From the NCBI GenBank assembly GCA_009786185.1, contig WQTS01000137.1, forward strand, positions 855 through 64,854: DNA of 64,000 bases, written 5' to 3'. This DNA comes from Bacteroidota bacterium. Lineage in GTDB: Bacteria; Bacteroidota; Bacteroidia; Bacteroidales; WCHB1-69. Each line of letters opens with the position of its first letter. The first letter of the stretch is position 1. The notes under the pieces are model-generated. The model saw nothing but the letters and a program-made list of their open reading frames with translations. It had not been told where the DNA came from and ran no database searches. This document shows, piece by piece, positions 27,548 through 35,425 of the stretch. The position numbers and the translations under genes were made by a program.

Positions 27548-27743
27548 TAACTCTTTGAAGTGACTCGCTCAACTTTTCCATAAAGTTATCGGCATCTTCT
27601 TTTGAGTTAATTGTTGCTTCACCTATCAGATTATTGATGTGAACGTTAATGTGGGGTGTGGGTTTTTTAGCAACAAACAATGCTGAAATAAAACCTACTG
27701 TAAAAGATATTCCCATAAGGATAAGAAATGTTATTGCGCTCAT
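27492..27743 (-). CDS. small single-pass membrane protein
   Basis: The start was moved to MSAITFLILMGISFTVGFISALFV (ATG at 27743), 16 nt after the upstream stop. Confidence 0.35.
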   Translation of the reverse strand: MSAITFLILMGISFTVGFISALFVAKKPTPHINVHINNLIGEATINSKEDADNFMEKLSESLQRVTNDVQFASEPVPDQAQEN

Positions 27744-27759
27744 AATTACCTCCTGTATT

Positions 27760-28119
27760 TTAATAGTTATCAATAAATACCTTAGCATCAGCAACATTGC
27801 TAAATTGCGCCTCTACCTCACGAAAACCTGCAGGCTGTTCCATTTCATCCGGAGTGGTCAGATCAAATAATTGTTCCTCATCGTTCCACACGATAGCCCA
27901 CCCCTTGTATTTTAACTTTTTTGGATCCGCTTTCTTTGTAATCCCAAATTCGGGCACTTCATCCCCAAAAAACTCCGGGAACGCATCCACAAGTTTGCGC
28001 CTGTTTTGTTGAGAGGCGATGTAAAATAATTCTTTGAGACCCACATTAAAGGAGCCTTCGCCGGTACGTGTACCGTTGTGCATTTGCATGAAAATACTTT
28101 GATTTGGTGTTTTGCTCAT
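27760..28119 (-). CDS. hypothetical early phage protein
   Basis: 119-aa ORF directly downstream of the Ner-like gene. Confidence 0.35.
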   Translation of the reverse strand: MSKTPNQSIFMQMHNGTRTGEGSFNVGLKELFYIASQQNRRKLVDAFPEFFGDEVPEFGITKKADPKKLKYKGWAIVWNDEEQLFDLTTPDEMEQPAGFREVEAQFSNVADAKVFIDNY

Positions 28120-28130
28120 AGTATTATATT

Positions 28131-28322
28131 TTAATTGTTAGTGTTTTTATAAATTGGATCCCCACCAGCTTTAACAGCAGCCACACGAATTTTTCGTGCT
28201 ATTTCACTGTTCGATCTTCCACTGAGTGCATTGCCCACACTTCGGGTTGTTACACGGAATGCCTTAGCCAATTGTTCGCTGGTTCCGTATTTTACTTTTA
28301 CCTTTGTGATTTCTGTATTCAT
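28131..28322 (-). CDS. Ner/Cro-like small HTH DNA-binding protein
   Basis: 63 aa with the HTH GTSEQLAKAFRVTTRSVGNALSG. It is the first gene of the early operon and is divergent from the repressor gene. Confidence 0.55.
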   Translation of the reverse strand: MNTEITKVKVKYGTSEQLAKAFRVTTRSVGNALSGRSNSEIARKIRVAAVKAGGDPIYKNTNN

Positions 28323-28402
28323 TTTTAAATAATTTTGTGCGCGTTTTCCTAATTGGAATTACGCAGCAAAAATACAGATTATTCTGAATAAAACAATAAA
28401 TA
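28323..28402. promoter_or_regulatory. divergent repressor / early-operon control region
   Basis: An 80-bp AT-rich gap separates the divergent repressor and Ner-like genes. Operators were not resolved. Confidence 0.35.
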
Positions 28403-29173
28403 ATGAAAAAAAATACAGGTTTTTCTGAAAGACTTAAAAAAGTCATTGATTATTTGAACATTACGCCTAATGATTTCGGAAAAAAATTAGGGTATGATCG
28501 GTCTCAAACTGTATATGACGCACTCAACGGGCGATGTAAACCGAGCTTTGACTTCATTTTTCGGATAATAAATACAGAATATTCTGCAATCATTAATACC
28601 GATTGGCTTGTTTCTGGCTCCGGTAATATGTTGCGAAATCAAAACGTACATGATTCATCACACGCACACACCAACAACGACACACAAACCGCTCAAAATC
28701 AGCGCAAAGATACAAAAAATATTGTACCATTATACAATGATGTGGATTCTTTTGGCGGAAATAATGAATACTCTGCTAATATGGACGGTTCCCTGTCCCC
28801 AACAGAGTATATTGATACCGGCGATTGGTTTCGTGGAATCACTGCCGCCATACGTCATTACGGCGACAGTATGGTAGAATATCCTCCCGGATGTATTCTC
28901 GCTTTAAGAGAAATACAGGAGAGGCACTTAATTGTAGATGGGGAAGATTATGTAATTGAAACCAGCGAATACAGGATTACAAAGTGCGTAGAGCGTGGGA
29001 GTGATAAAAGTCATATAATAGCGTATAGCTCCAATAAAGAAACCCACAACGATGGCAGCTTAAAACACAAACCCATTCCTATTGCGTGGGCCGATATACG
29101 TAAAATCTTTTTAGTTCTTGGCTATGTTGTAAAAAAGAATGGCGGCACGATGGTGTATAGTGGTAAGAAATAA
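28403..29173 (+). CDS. phage repressor: N-terminal HTH plus C-terminal S24 (LexA-like) peptidase domain
   Basis: The HTH is in LKKVIDYLNITPNDFGKKLGYDRSQ. The S24 active-site motif is in RHYGDSMVEYPPG. Confidence 0.75.
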   Translation: MKKNTGFSERLKKVIDYLNITPNDFGKKLGYDRSQTVYDALNGRCKPSFDFIFRIINTEYSAIINTDWLVSGSGNMLRNQNVHDSSHAHTNNDTQTAQNQRKDTKNIVPLYNDVDSFGGNNEYSANMDGSLSPTEYIDTGDWFRGITAAIRHYGDSMVEYPPGCILALREIQERHLIVDGEDYVIETSEYRITKCVERGSDKSHIIAYSSNKETHNDGSLKHKPIPIAWADIRKIFLVLGYVVKKNGGTMVYSGKK

Positions 29174-29425
29174 TATACATAATACACCCACCTATACAAA
29201 CCTCCTATAGCCCTATAGTGTGCACTATACCCATAAAAAATACACTTTTTAGCGCAAGTATTGCAAAACTAATTGATTTGCAATGCAATACAAGAAATTT
29301 GGCGTTAAAACTCAATATATTATGCCTGTATTATCCCCCCCCAACTCGTTTAAAAAAGTGCCCATCTGCTGCTTAAAAAATGTATTATGTGGGTGTAACT
29401 CGTGCAAAATTTTATCATAAAAATA

Positions 29426-29469
29426 CGGTAACTCGGCGGTAACTCAACGGTAACTCAACGGTAACTCAA
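29426..29469 (+). repeat. four tandem 11-bp repeats (cggtaactcRR)
   Basis: The sequence is cggtaactcgg cggtaactcaa cggtaactcaa cggtaactcaa. Related half-sites gtaactcg and caactcg lie at 29395 and 29342. Confidence 0.85.
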
Positions 29470-29689
29470 AAAATAGTCGAAAATGTGGGGTATTTGGTAG
29501 GGTTGTTTGTGAGGTAAAAAGCAGGTTTTTTGGGTTCCTTTTTGGCTAAAAACAAACATTATTTTGTAGCATAAAAAAGCGGCTTTAATACCGCTTAAAT
29601 TGTATTTAAAATACGTTGCAATCAAATATATGTATTATTCCACATCGGTTAAAAGCGTACTCAAATACAACTTATTTTCATCCATTTTT

Positions 29690-29717
29690 ACTCATTTACT
29701 ACTCATTTTTACTCATT
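29690..29717 (+). repeat. three phased actcatt repeats
   Basis: actcatt occurs at 29690, 29701 and 29711 (spacing 11 and 10). It shares the ACTCA core with the 11-mers at 29426. Confidence 0.6.
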
Positions 29718-29945
29718 CGCTCCGCAAAATAAGTGTCAAAGCATCTATCTTTATGCTTTTGTACAAATTGATTTGAAACGCTACCATCAAAAAAAACGCT
29801 ATAAGTAACTAAAAATCAGGCAAAAATCGGGCAAAATAAAATACATTCTTTTGTATCTTTTGTTTTGTGCCCCTTAATTAGGTTTATTAATTTTTGCTGT
29901 TTAGATATAGTGTTAGAAAATAAAAAATCTATCATTTAACTTCAT

Positions 29946-30413
29946 TTATTTTTTAGCCTTCCCAACCTTCTGCTCCGGAATAACCTCCTTGCGTATCTCA
30001 AATCCTTCATTCATAATAAGAAGCGCAGATCTTTCTGAAAAAAGCTCGTTGTCAATAGGTTTTGGCTTTAAAACATATTTCCAAACTATAGATTGCAACG
30101 GAGCTAAATTAACGGTCAAAAAATCAACGCGCTCTTCTTTTTCTACCGGTACGTCAGCGGTATTCAGCCATTCAATTTTAGAAGTGAAAAGTTCTTGCCG
30201 TAAGGAAATTGCTGTTTGGTTAATGCCGTTAATGAATACAAAAGTTACTACAATGTTATTGGGGTTTTCTTTATCTATGGTAACATTTTGGTTGTATTGC
30301 CATAGCAATTCGCCTTTTTCAGTAGTAAGTCTGTTGCTTTGGGCGAAAGTGGCAGGAAGAGCAGTAAAGAAAATCGCTATTAACCAGCAATTTATGCAAA
30401 TTATTTTTTTCAT
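29946..30413 (-). CDS. secreted hypothetical protein
   Basis: The start was moved to MKKIICINCWLIAIFFTALPATFAQ (a signal peptide). The 35-aa track extension (MRFLATLGMT...) is encoded by repeat elements. Confidence 0.5.
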   Translation of the reverse strand: MKKIICINCWLIAIFFTALPATFAQSNRLTTEKGELLWQYNQNVTIDKENPNNIVVTFVFINGINQTAISLRQELFTSKIEWLNTADVPVEKEERVDFLTVNLAPLQSIVWKYVLKPKPIDNELFSERSALLIMNEGFEIRKEVIPEQKVGKAKK

Positions 30414-30426
30414 GTTTTTATTTTTT

Positions 30427-30488
30427 ATATAAACTACCCCGTCTCGCTTCGCGAGACACCCCTTCAAAATTTGAAGGGGATTTTTCTT
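30427..30488 (-). repeat. 62-nt double-hairpin repeat element, intergenic copy
   Basis: This is the exact reverse complement of 36198-36259. It contains the hairpins ccccttcaaa/tttgaagggg and gtctcgc-gaa-gcgagac. Confidence 0.85.
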
Positions 30489-30514
30489 GGTCATTCCAAG
30501 CGTAGCGAGGAATC

Positions 30515-31648
30515 TCATGCTTTAACTTTAAACTTGTTTTTTACCGGATTCGCATAAATATCCAACAAATATTTCATCATTTTTTCTTTAGAAATATCCT
30601 GAACCATAGATTGTTCGTTCAAATAATGGATAAAAGCGCCTTTTTCTTCTTCTGTATAATGCGTAGAAAATTTGTTTGAATTTTCCTGCAAATCTATAGC
30701 AATATAATTTTGCGGATATAAAAAATAATATTCGTAAATTTGGCGGTCAATCTGATCGCAAAGCAATGCAAGTTTGTCATTTAGAGATAATTCTTGCGGT
30801 ATATTTTCAAATTCTTGTTGCAGCGGTTTGCCAATTGCAAGATGCACTTCGCCTTTAAATCCGATAATTCCTTCGATGATGCTTTTTACGTCTTCGCCGG
30901 GTTGTTTTACATAAGGAGCATTTTCGGAAAGCGCTAACTCGCGGGCTTTTAATTGTGCGCAAGGCTCATATTGATACGAAATGGCAACCGGCGTAATTTG
31001 CATACGTTTCAAAGTTTCCATGGCATGTTGCGGAGCAGCCAAAGTTAACATTTTTAAAAGTCCTTGCTGGGTTTTATCATCTCCGTTTTTCGTTCTGCCG
31101 TTGCCCTGGGCAATCCACACCGATTCTTTTTCTTCAAAAATACTATGATGTATGTAGGAAGACAAGAGTTGCGTGTTCATCATCTTTTCTTTTAATGTGC
31201 CGGAGCGCAGCACTAAAAACATTTGGTGCATCCGTGCAAGCTCAACAAAAAGCGGACTTGAGATAAGATTATCGCCAATAGCGGAGCGAGAGGCTTCATA
31301 GCCTTTTTTAAAATAATAAACTTGTAAAAATGCTGAATCTAATACAATATCTCGGTGGTTACCAATAAATAAATACTGATTTTTAGGATCAATATGTTCA
31401 ATTCCGGAATAATGGACATGGGTACAGGTTTTCTCAAGAAAATAGTGGAAAATCTTTACAGCAAAAGCCAAATGAAGTTCATGGCGGGTCTTGCAAGCTA
31501 AGATGTTTGTTATCCATTCATTTACATCAATTTTATCTTCAAAAACAGATAATTGTTGTATAAATGTCGGGTCGGCAAATAGCTTTTTCGCTGCCTGCAT
31601 GGTTTCTTCTTCCGTGTAGGGGCGAATATTATCGAAGGAATGTTTCAT
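30515..31648 (-). CDS. acyltransferase (PlsC-like glycerolipid acyltransferase family)
   Basis: 377 aa. The NHRDIVLDSAF motif resembles the acyltransferase His-Asp box. Confidence 0.5.
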   Translation of the reverse strand: MKHSFDNIRPYTEEETMQAAKKLFADPTFIQQLSVFEDKIDVNEWITNILACKTRHELHLAFAVKIFHYFLEKTCTHVHYSGIEHIDPKNQYLFIGNHRDIVLDSAFLQVYYFKKGYEASRSAIGDNLISSPLFVELARMHQMFLVLRSGTLKEKMMNTQLLSSYIHHSIFEEKESVWIAQGNGRTKNGDDKTQQGLLKMLTLAAPQHAMETLKRMQITPVAISYQYEPCAQLKARELALSENAPYVKQPGEDVKSIIEGIIGFKGEVHLAIGKPLQQEFENIPQELSLNDKLALLCDQIDRQIYEYYFLYPQNYIAIDLQENSNKFSTHYTEEEKGAFIHYLNEQSMVQDISKEKMMKYLLDIYANPVKNKFKVKA

Positions 31649-32019
31649 TGTTTTTTAAGCGCAAGAATTTCAAAAATAGAATACGAAAAGTAGATTACCA
31701 TGAACGCACCGGCAAAGTTCCAACGATCTTCTTTATTTAGTATCATATATAAAATTAAAAAAACGAAGGTAGAAAATATTTTAACAATGCGAGATAGCAT
31801 ATAGCCGGCAATAAATTTTTTCCCTGTAATTTGATGCGGCATTCGTAAAACGGTATAGAGCGTAAAAAGTGTAATTAAAAAGAAGAAAATTACAATAAAC
31901 GGAATAGCAGGCGAAGCATATTGCGGTACCATCCATTGAAATGCAACTCCGGCAACCGCCATGATCACCGAAAAAACAATCAACTGGTAAACAAATTTTC
32001 GAACAGGAACTTTAGTCAT
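31645..32019 (-). CDS. multi-pass membrane protein
   Basis: The start was moved to MTKVPVRKF (ATG at 32019). It has four predicted hydrophobic helices. Confidence 0.4.
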   Translation of the reverse strand: MTKVPVRKFVYQLIVFSVIMAVAGVAFQWMVPQYASPAIPFIVIFFFLITLFTLYTVLRMPHQITGKKFIAGYMLSRIVKIFSTFVFLILYMILNKEDRWNFAGAFMVIYFSYSIFEILALKKQ

Positions 32020-32239
32020 CTTTTTTCTTTTTAGGTATCTCTTTGCGAATGATATAATACATGGAAAGTATGATAGCAAGTAGAGAAAATAGAATAGCAA
32101 AAATATGAAAACTACCCACTTTTTGGTCTAACTTCATGCCTCCATAAGCGGCTAAAAATATCAATAGCCCCATTTGAAAGGACAATGCTAAGTAATTAGC
32201 GCCGCCCGATGGTGTAGTTTTTTTTACATTTTTACCCAT
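32012..32239 (-). CDS. AtpZ/AtpI-like small membrane protein
   Basis: 75 aa with two TM helices (ANYLALSFQMGLLIFLAAYGG). Confidence 0.45.
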   Translation of the reverse strand: MGKNVKKTTPSGGANYLALSFQMGLLIFLAAYGGMKLDQKVGSFHIFAILFSLLAIILSMYYIIRKEIPKKKKDD

Positions 32240-32251
32240 TTTTATAATTAA

Positions 32252-32632
32252 TTATTCACTTACCGTATCAGGATTTGGTGTAGGAACAGGATTTTGCATC
32301 ACACAATTGCCCACAAAGTTAGCGCCGGGTTCAATGGCAATTTTGCTTACACGTATATTTCCGGTTAAAACTGCCGATGCTTTTAAAGAAAGAAGCTCAA
32401 CTGCCGTAATATCTGCTGTAGCTTTCCCTTCTATCTCAATAGAATGGCACTGGATTTTACCTTCAATAATTCCGTTTTTGCCGATGTAGATTTTTGAATT
32501 GGAAGTAATATTGCCTTTTAAGACGCCGTCAATTCTACAATCGCCTGCAGAAACAATGTCTCCGGTAAGTGTAGTTCCGACAGCTATAATATTAATTCCG
32601 CCTATTTCTTCTTGTTCATAACTTTTTGCCAT
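32252..32632 (-). CDS. bactofilin (polymer-forming cytoskeletal protein)
   Basis: It shows the repetitive beta-helix pattern GTTLTGDIVSAGDCRIDGVLKGNITSNSKIYIGKNGIIEGKI. Confidence 0.7.
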   Translation of the reverse strand: MAKSYEQEEIGGINIIAVGTTLTGDIVSAGDCRIDGVLKGNITSNSKIYIGKNGIIEGKIQCHSIEIEGKATADITAVELLSLKASAVLTGNIRVSKIAIEPGANFVGNCVMQNPVPTPNPDTVSE

Positions 32633-32728
32633 AGTGTGTATTGTTTTTAATGAGAAAACTTAATGGTAATATGCGCAAAAATATGAAATATTTGAAATTA
32701 TATTAATTTTGCAAAAAAAAATGTCGTT

Positions 32729-34036
32729 ATGAAGTATAATTTTTCTTTTTATATGTTGATTTTTTGCATGTTAGCCTATTCAAGTAGCTTTGCACAACAA
32801 GATTCCATATCCCATACTAAAGCTGTAAAAAAAGCATTAGATGGAACAATTATTAGAATTTCCGATACACTTTGGTTTCGAGGTTATAATCCGGAGCAGG
32901 GATATTTTCAAAAAGCAAATTTCGATAAAGGTGATCCAAGGTTTATGGTTGCTAATGAAAATCAAACTTTTAAATTTGGCATAGGAGGATCTGTAAAAGT
33001 GGTAGCATTTGCCGATTTTAATGGTTCCATTGCCAATAACGATTTTATTACATCGCTAATTTCCATTCCTACTTACCATTACGGGCAATTTAGAATTTTT
33101 GCCAATCAATCGCGCTTGAATGTGAAAGTGGTAGGGAGAATAAGAAAACACACCATCGTTTCATTTATTGAAGGAAATTTTGCAGGGGCGAATAATGCAT
33201 TCAAATTACGTCATGCGTATGTATCTTTTCTCGGATTAACGGTAGGGCAAACATGGACGACATTTATGGATTTGCAAGCGTCTCCGCCCACAATAGACGG
33301 TGAAGGGCCTAATAATCAAATTGCACTCAGGCATCCCATGATACGATATACATATTATTATAAAGATAAACTGCAAGTGGCTGTTGCCGCCGAAATGTCT
33401 GAAGTTTTAATGACAGAGATTCCCACAGAGCCTTTTAAAGTATATATGCAGCCGCAACGCGTTCCTGATTTTGTGGCGCAATTCAAATATCAAGATAAAT
33501 TTGGTCATGTACAATTGGGAGCAATATTAAGAATTATGAATCATGGTGACTCAACAATAACAAAAAAGTCGACTTTTGTACCCGGAGGAGGACTTGCTTT
33601 AAGCGGCACTTTTCATTTGTGGAACAGCGCCATGTTATACTACCAATTTAATGGAGGTAAAGGAATTGCGAGCTACATTCAAGACCTGTCTTTATTTAAT
33701 TACGATTTACTTCCAACTTTGGGAGCTAAAAAAATGAACACCGTGTGGATGTACGGAGGTTATCTCGGTTTGCAACAATATTGGACGAAAAAAGTACATT
33801 CCAATGTAGTATATGGAATTACACGATTAGAAACTCCCGCAGATGATTACGGTTATTTTGAAGCGCACATACCTTGGTACTACAAGTACGGACAGTATCT
33901 TGCCATCAATACCATCTGGAATTTTTTCGACTTTGCTTCTGCAGGTATTGAGTTGCTTTGGGGACAGCGGGTAAATTTAAACGGTGAAAAAGGGCATGCA
34001 CATCGGGTTAATTTGTTATTGCAGTATGATTTTTAA
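32729..34036 (+). CDS. outer-membrane beta-barrel (porin-like) protein
   Basis: It has a signal peptide, an alternating beta-strand pattern, and a C-terminal LLLQYDF with a terminal Phe. Confidence 0.55.
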   Translation: MKYNFSFYMLIFCMLAYSSSFAQQDSISHTKAVKKALDGTIIRISDTLWFRGYNPEQGYFQKANFDKGDPRFMVANENQTFKFGIGGSVKVVAFADFNGSIANNDFITSLISIPTYHYGQFRIFANQSRLNVKVVGRIRKHTIVSFIEGNFAGANNAFKLRHAYVSFLGLTVGQTWTTFMDLQASPPTIDGEGPNNQIALRHPMIRYTYYYKDKLQVAVAAEMSEVLMTEIPTEPFKVYMQPQRVPDFVAQFKYQDKFGHVQLGAILRIMNHGDSTITKKSTFVPGGGLALSGTFHLWNSAMLYYQFNGGKGIASYIQDLSLFNYDLLPTLGAKKMNTVWMYGGYLGLQQYWTKKVHSNVVYGITRLETPADDYGYFEAHIPWYYKYGQYLAINTIWNFFDFASAGIELLWGQRVNLNGEKGHAHRVNLLLQYDF

Positions 34037-34115
34037 TATATAATGAAAGATATATTACGATGGTGATAAAGATTGCTTGTTTTTTTATATTAATTTGCAC
34101 CATAAATTGATTTTT

Positions 34116-34424
34116 ATGTTAACCTTTTGGCTTGCAGCTATTTTAATAATTCTTATTGTAGGAACCATATTCTTTTTCAGATATAAAACATGGAAACCTT
34201 TGATGTTGAAAACGGAAATTGATAGTAAGGTGAACGTTCTCGACAAAAATATAACAGTGGGAATGGAAGGAAAAACCGTATCGCGATTGGCGCCCGCCGG
34301 AAAAGCCATTTTTGAAGGTATTACCGAAGAAGTGTTTTCGCAAAATGATTTTATTGATGAAAATCAACAAGTTGTCATTGCCAAAATAGAAGGAAGTAAA
34401 ATTATTGTCAAACTTAAAAAATAA
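34116..34424 (+). CDS. NfeD-family membrane protein
   Basis: A TM helix is followed by a C-terminal OB-like segment ([20 protein letters not shown]...[13 protein letters not shown]). It lies upstream of floA. The ATG at 34116 is preferred to the TTG at 34077. Confidence 0.6.
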   Translation: MLTFWLAAILIILIVGTIFFFRYKTWKPLMLKTEIDSKVNVLDKNITVGMEGKTVSRLAPAGKAIFEGITEEVFSQNDFIDENQQVVIAKIEGSKIIVKLKK

Positions 34425-34428
34425 CATC

Positions 34429-35424
34429 ATGATTGATCCGAATGTAGCCCTATTTTTAATTATTGCCGGAAGTATTGTCCTGCTAATCTTGTTCTTGTGG
34501 TTAGTTCCACTTGGGTTGTGGTTTAATGCATTGCTTAACGGCGTACGCGTTTCGCTTATACAGCTCATTTTAATGCGCTGGCGTAGAGTGCCTCCCGGTA
34601 CTATCGTCAATGCATTGATTACGGGAACGAAAGCCGGAATTAAACTCAACCGCGACCAATTGGAGGCACACTACCTTGCCGGTGGGCGCGTAATTCCTGT
34701 TGTAAATGCCTTGATTTCAGCAGACAAAGCCAATATCAGTTTAGATTTTAAAGCAGCAACCGCCATTGATTTGGCAGGTCGTAATATTTTAGAAGCGATA
34801 CAAACCTCCGTAATTCCGAAAGTTATTGATACCCCTCCGGTGTCGGCAGTGGCAAAAGATGGTATTCAATTGATTGCTAAAGCACGTGTTACCGTACGTA
34901 CCAACATCAAACAATTGGTGGGTGGCGCCGGTGAAGAAACGATTATGGCAAGGGTAGGCGAAGGAATTGTTTCCGCTATTGGAGCTGCAGCTTCGCATAA
35001 AATAGTATTAGAAAACCCGGATTCTATTTCTAAATTAGTGTTAACCAAAGGATTGGATTCAGGAACAGCCTACGAAATTCTTTCTATTGACATTGCGGAT
35101 GTGGACGTAGGTAAAAACATAGGCGCCATTTTACAAATGGATCAGGCAAATGCCGACAAAAATATTGCGCAGGCAAAGGCAGAAGAGCGTCGCGCTATGG
35201 CGGTGGCAAACGAACAGGAAATGAAAGCCAAAGCGCAAGAAGCGCGTGCTAAAGTAATTCTTGCTGAGGCGGAAGTTCCGTTGGCGTTGGCAGAAGCTTT
35301 CAGGTCAGGTAATTTCGGCGTAATGGATTACTACAAATTAGAAAATTTGAAATCGGATACTAATATGCGCGATGCTATTGGAAAACCCAAAACAACCCCA
35401 AAAAAAGATGAAGAAATAAAGTAA
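34429..35424 (+). CDS. floA: flotillin-like protein FloA (SPFH domain)
   Basis: The protein is collinear along nearly its whole length with my recollection of Bacillus FloA/YqfA ([57 protein letters not shown]). Confidence 0.85.
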   Translation: MIDPNVALFLIIAGSIVLLILFLWLVPLGLWFNALLNGVRVSLIQLILMRWRRVPPGTIVNALITGTKAGIKLNRDQLEAHYLAGGRVIPVVNALISADKANISLDFKAATAIDLAGRNILEAIQTSVIPKVIDTPPVSAVAKDGIQLIAKARVTVRTNIKQLVGGAGEETIMARVGEGIVSAIGAAASHKIVLENPDSISKLVLTKGLDSGTAYEILSIDIADVDVGKNIGAILQMDQANADKNIAQAKAEERRAMAVANEQEMKAKAQEARAKVILAEAEVPLALAEAFRSGNFGVMDYYKLENLKSDTNMRDAIGKPKTTPKKDEEIK

Positions 35425-35425
35425 G

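Larger units (their letters stand above)
1..29726. mobile_element. Mu-like transposable prophage (partial: the tail-fibre end lies left of the window; the right boundary is approximate, somewhere in 29470-29945)
   Basis: Gene order is c-type repressor(+), Ner-like HTH, DDE transposase, MuB-like AAA ATPase, DUF3164-like, GemA-like, then Mu-type head genes and contractile-tail genes. Phased repeats sharing an ACTCA core lie at 29426-29469 and 29690-29717. Host-type genes start at 29946. Confidence 0.8.

Noticed and set aside
29426-29469. Possible CRISPR array
   Set aside because: These are contiguous 11-bp repeats without spacers, which is far too short. No cas genes are present in the window.
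29573-29597. Weak hairpin (aagcgg N8 ccgctt plus a T-run on the minus strand) as a terminator marking the phage/host junction
   Set aside because: The stem has only 4 GC pairs, and it lies 350 nt downstream of the nearest minus-strand gene. It is not strong enough to annotate or to fix the prophage boundary.
30414-30518. N-terminal extension MRFLATLGMTKKNPLQILKGCLAKRDGVVYIKNKN of ORF 29946-30518
   Set aside because: It is encoded entirely by repeat-element DNA (the 62-nt double hairpin plus a second hairpin-type element at 30489-30518). A canonical signal peptide starts at the internal Met (30413).
34143-34649. 168-aa minus-strand ORF
   Set aside because: It is antisense to the NfeD and floA genes, both of which match known families along their length.
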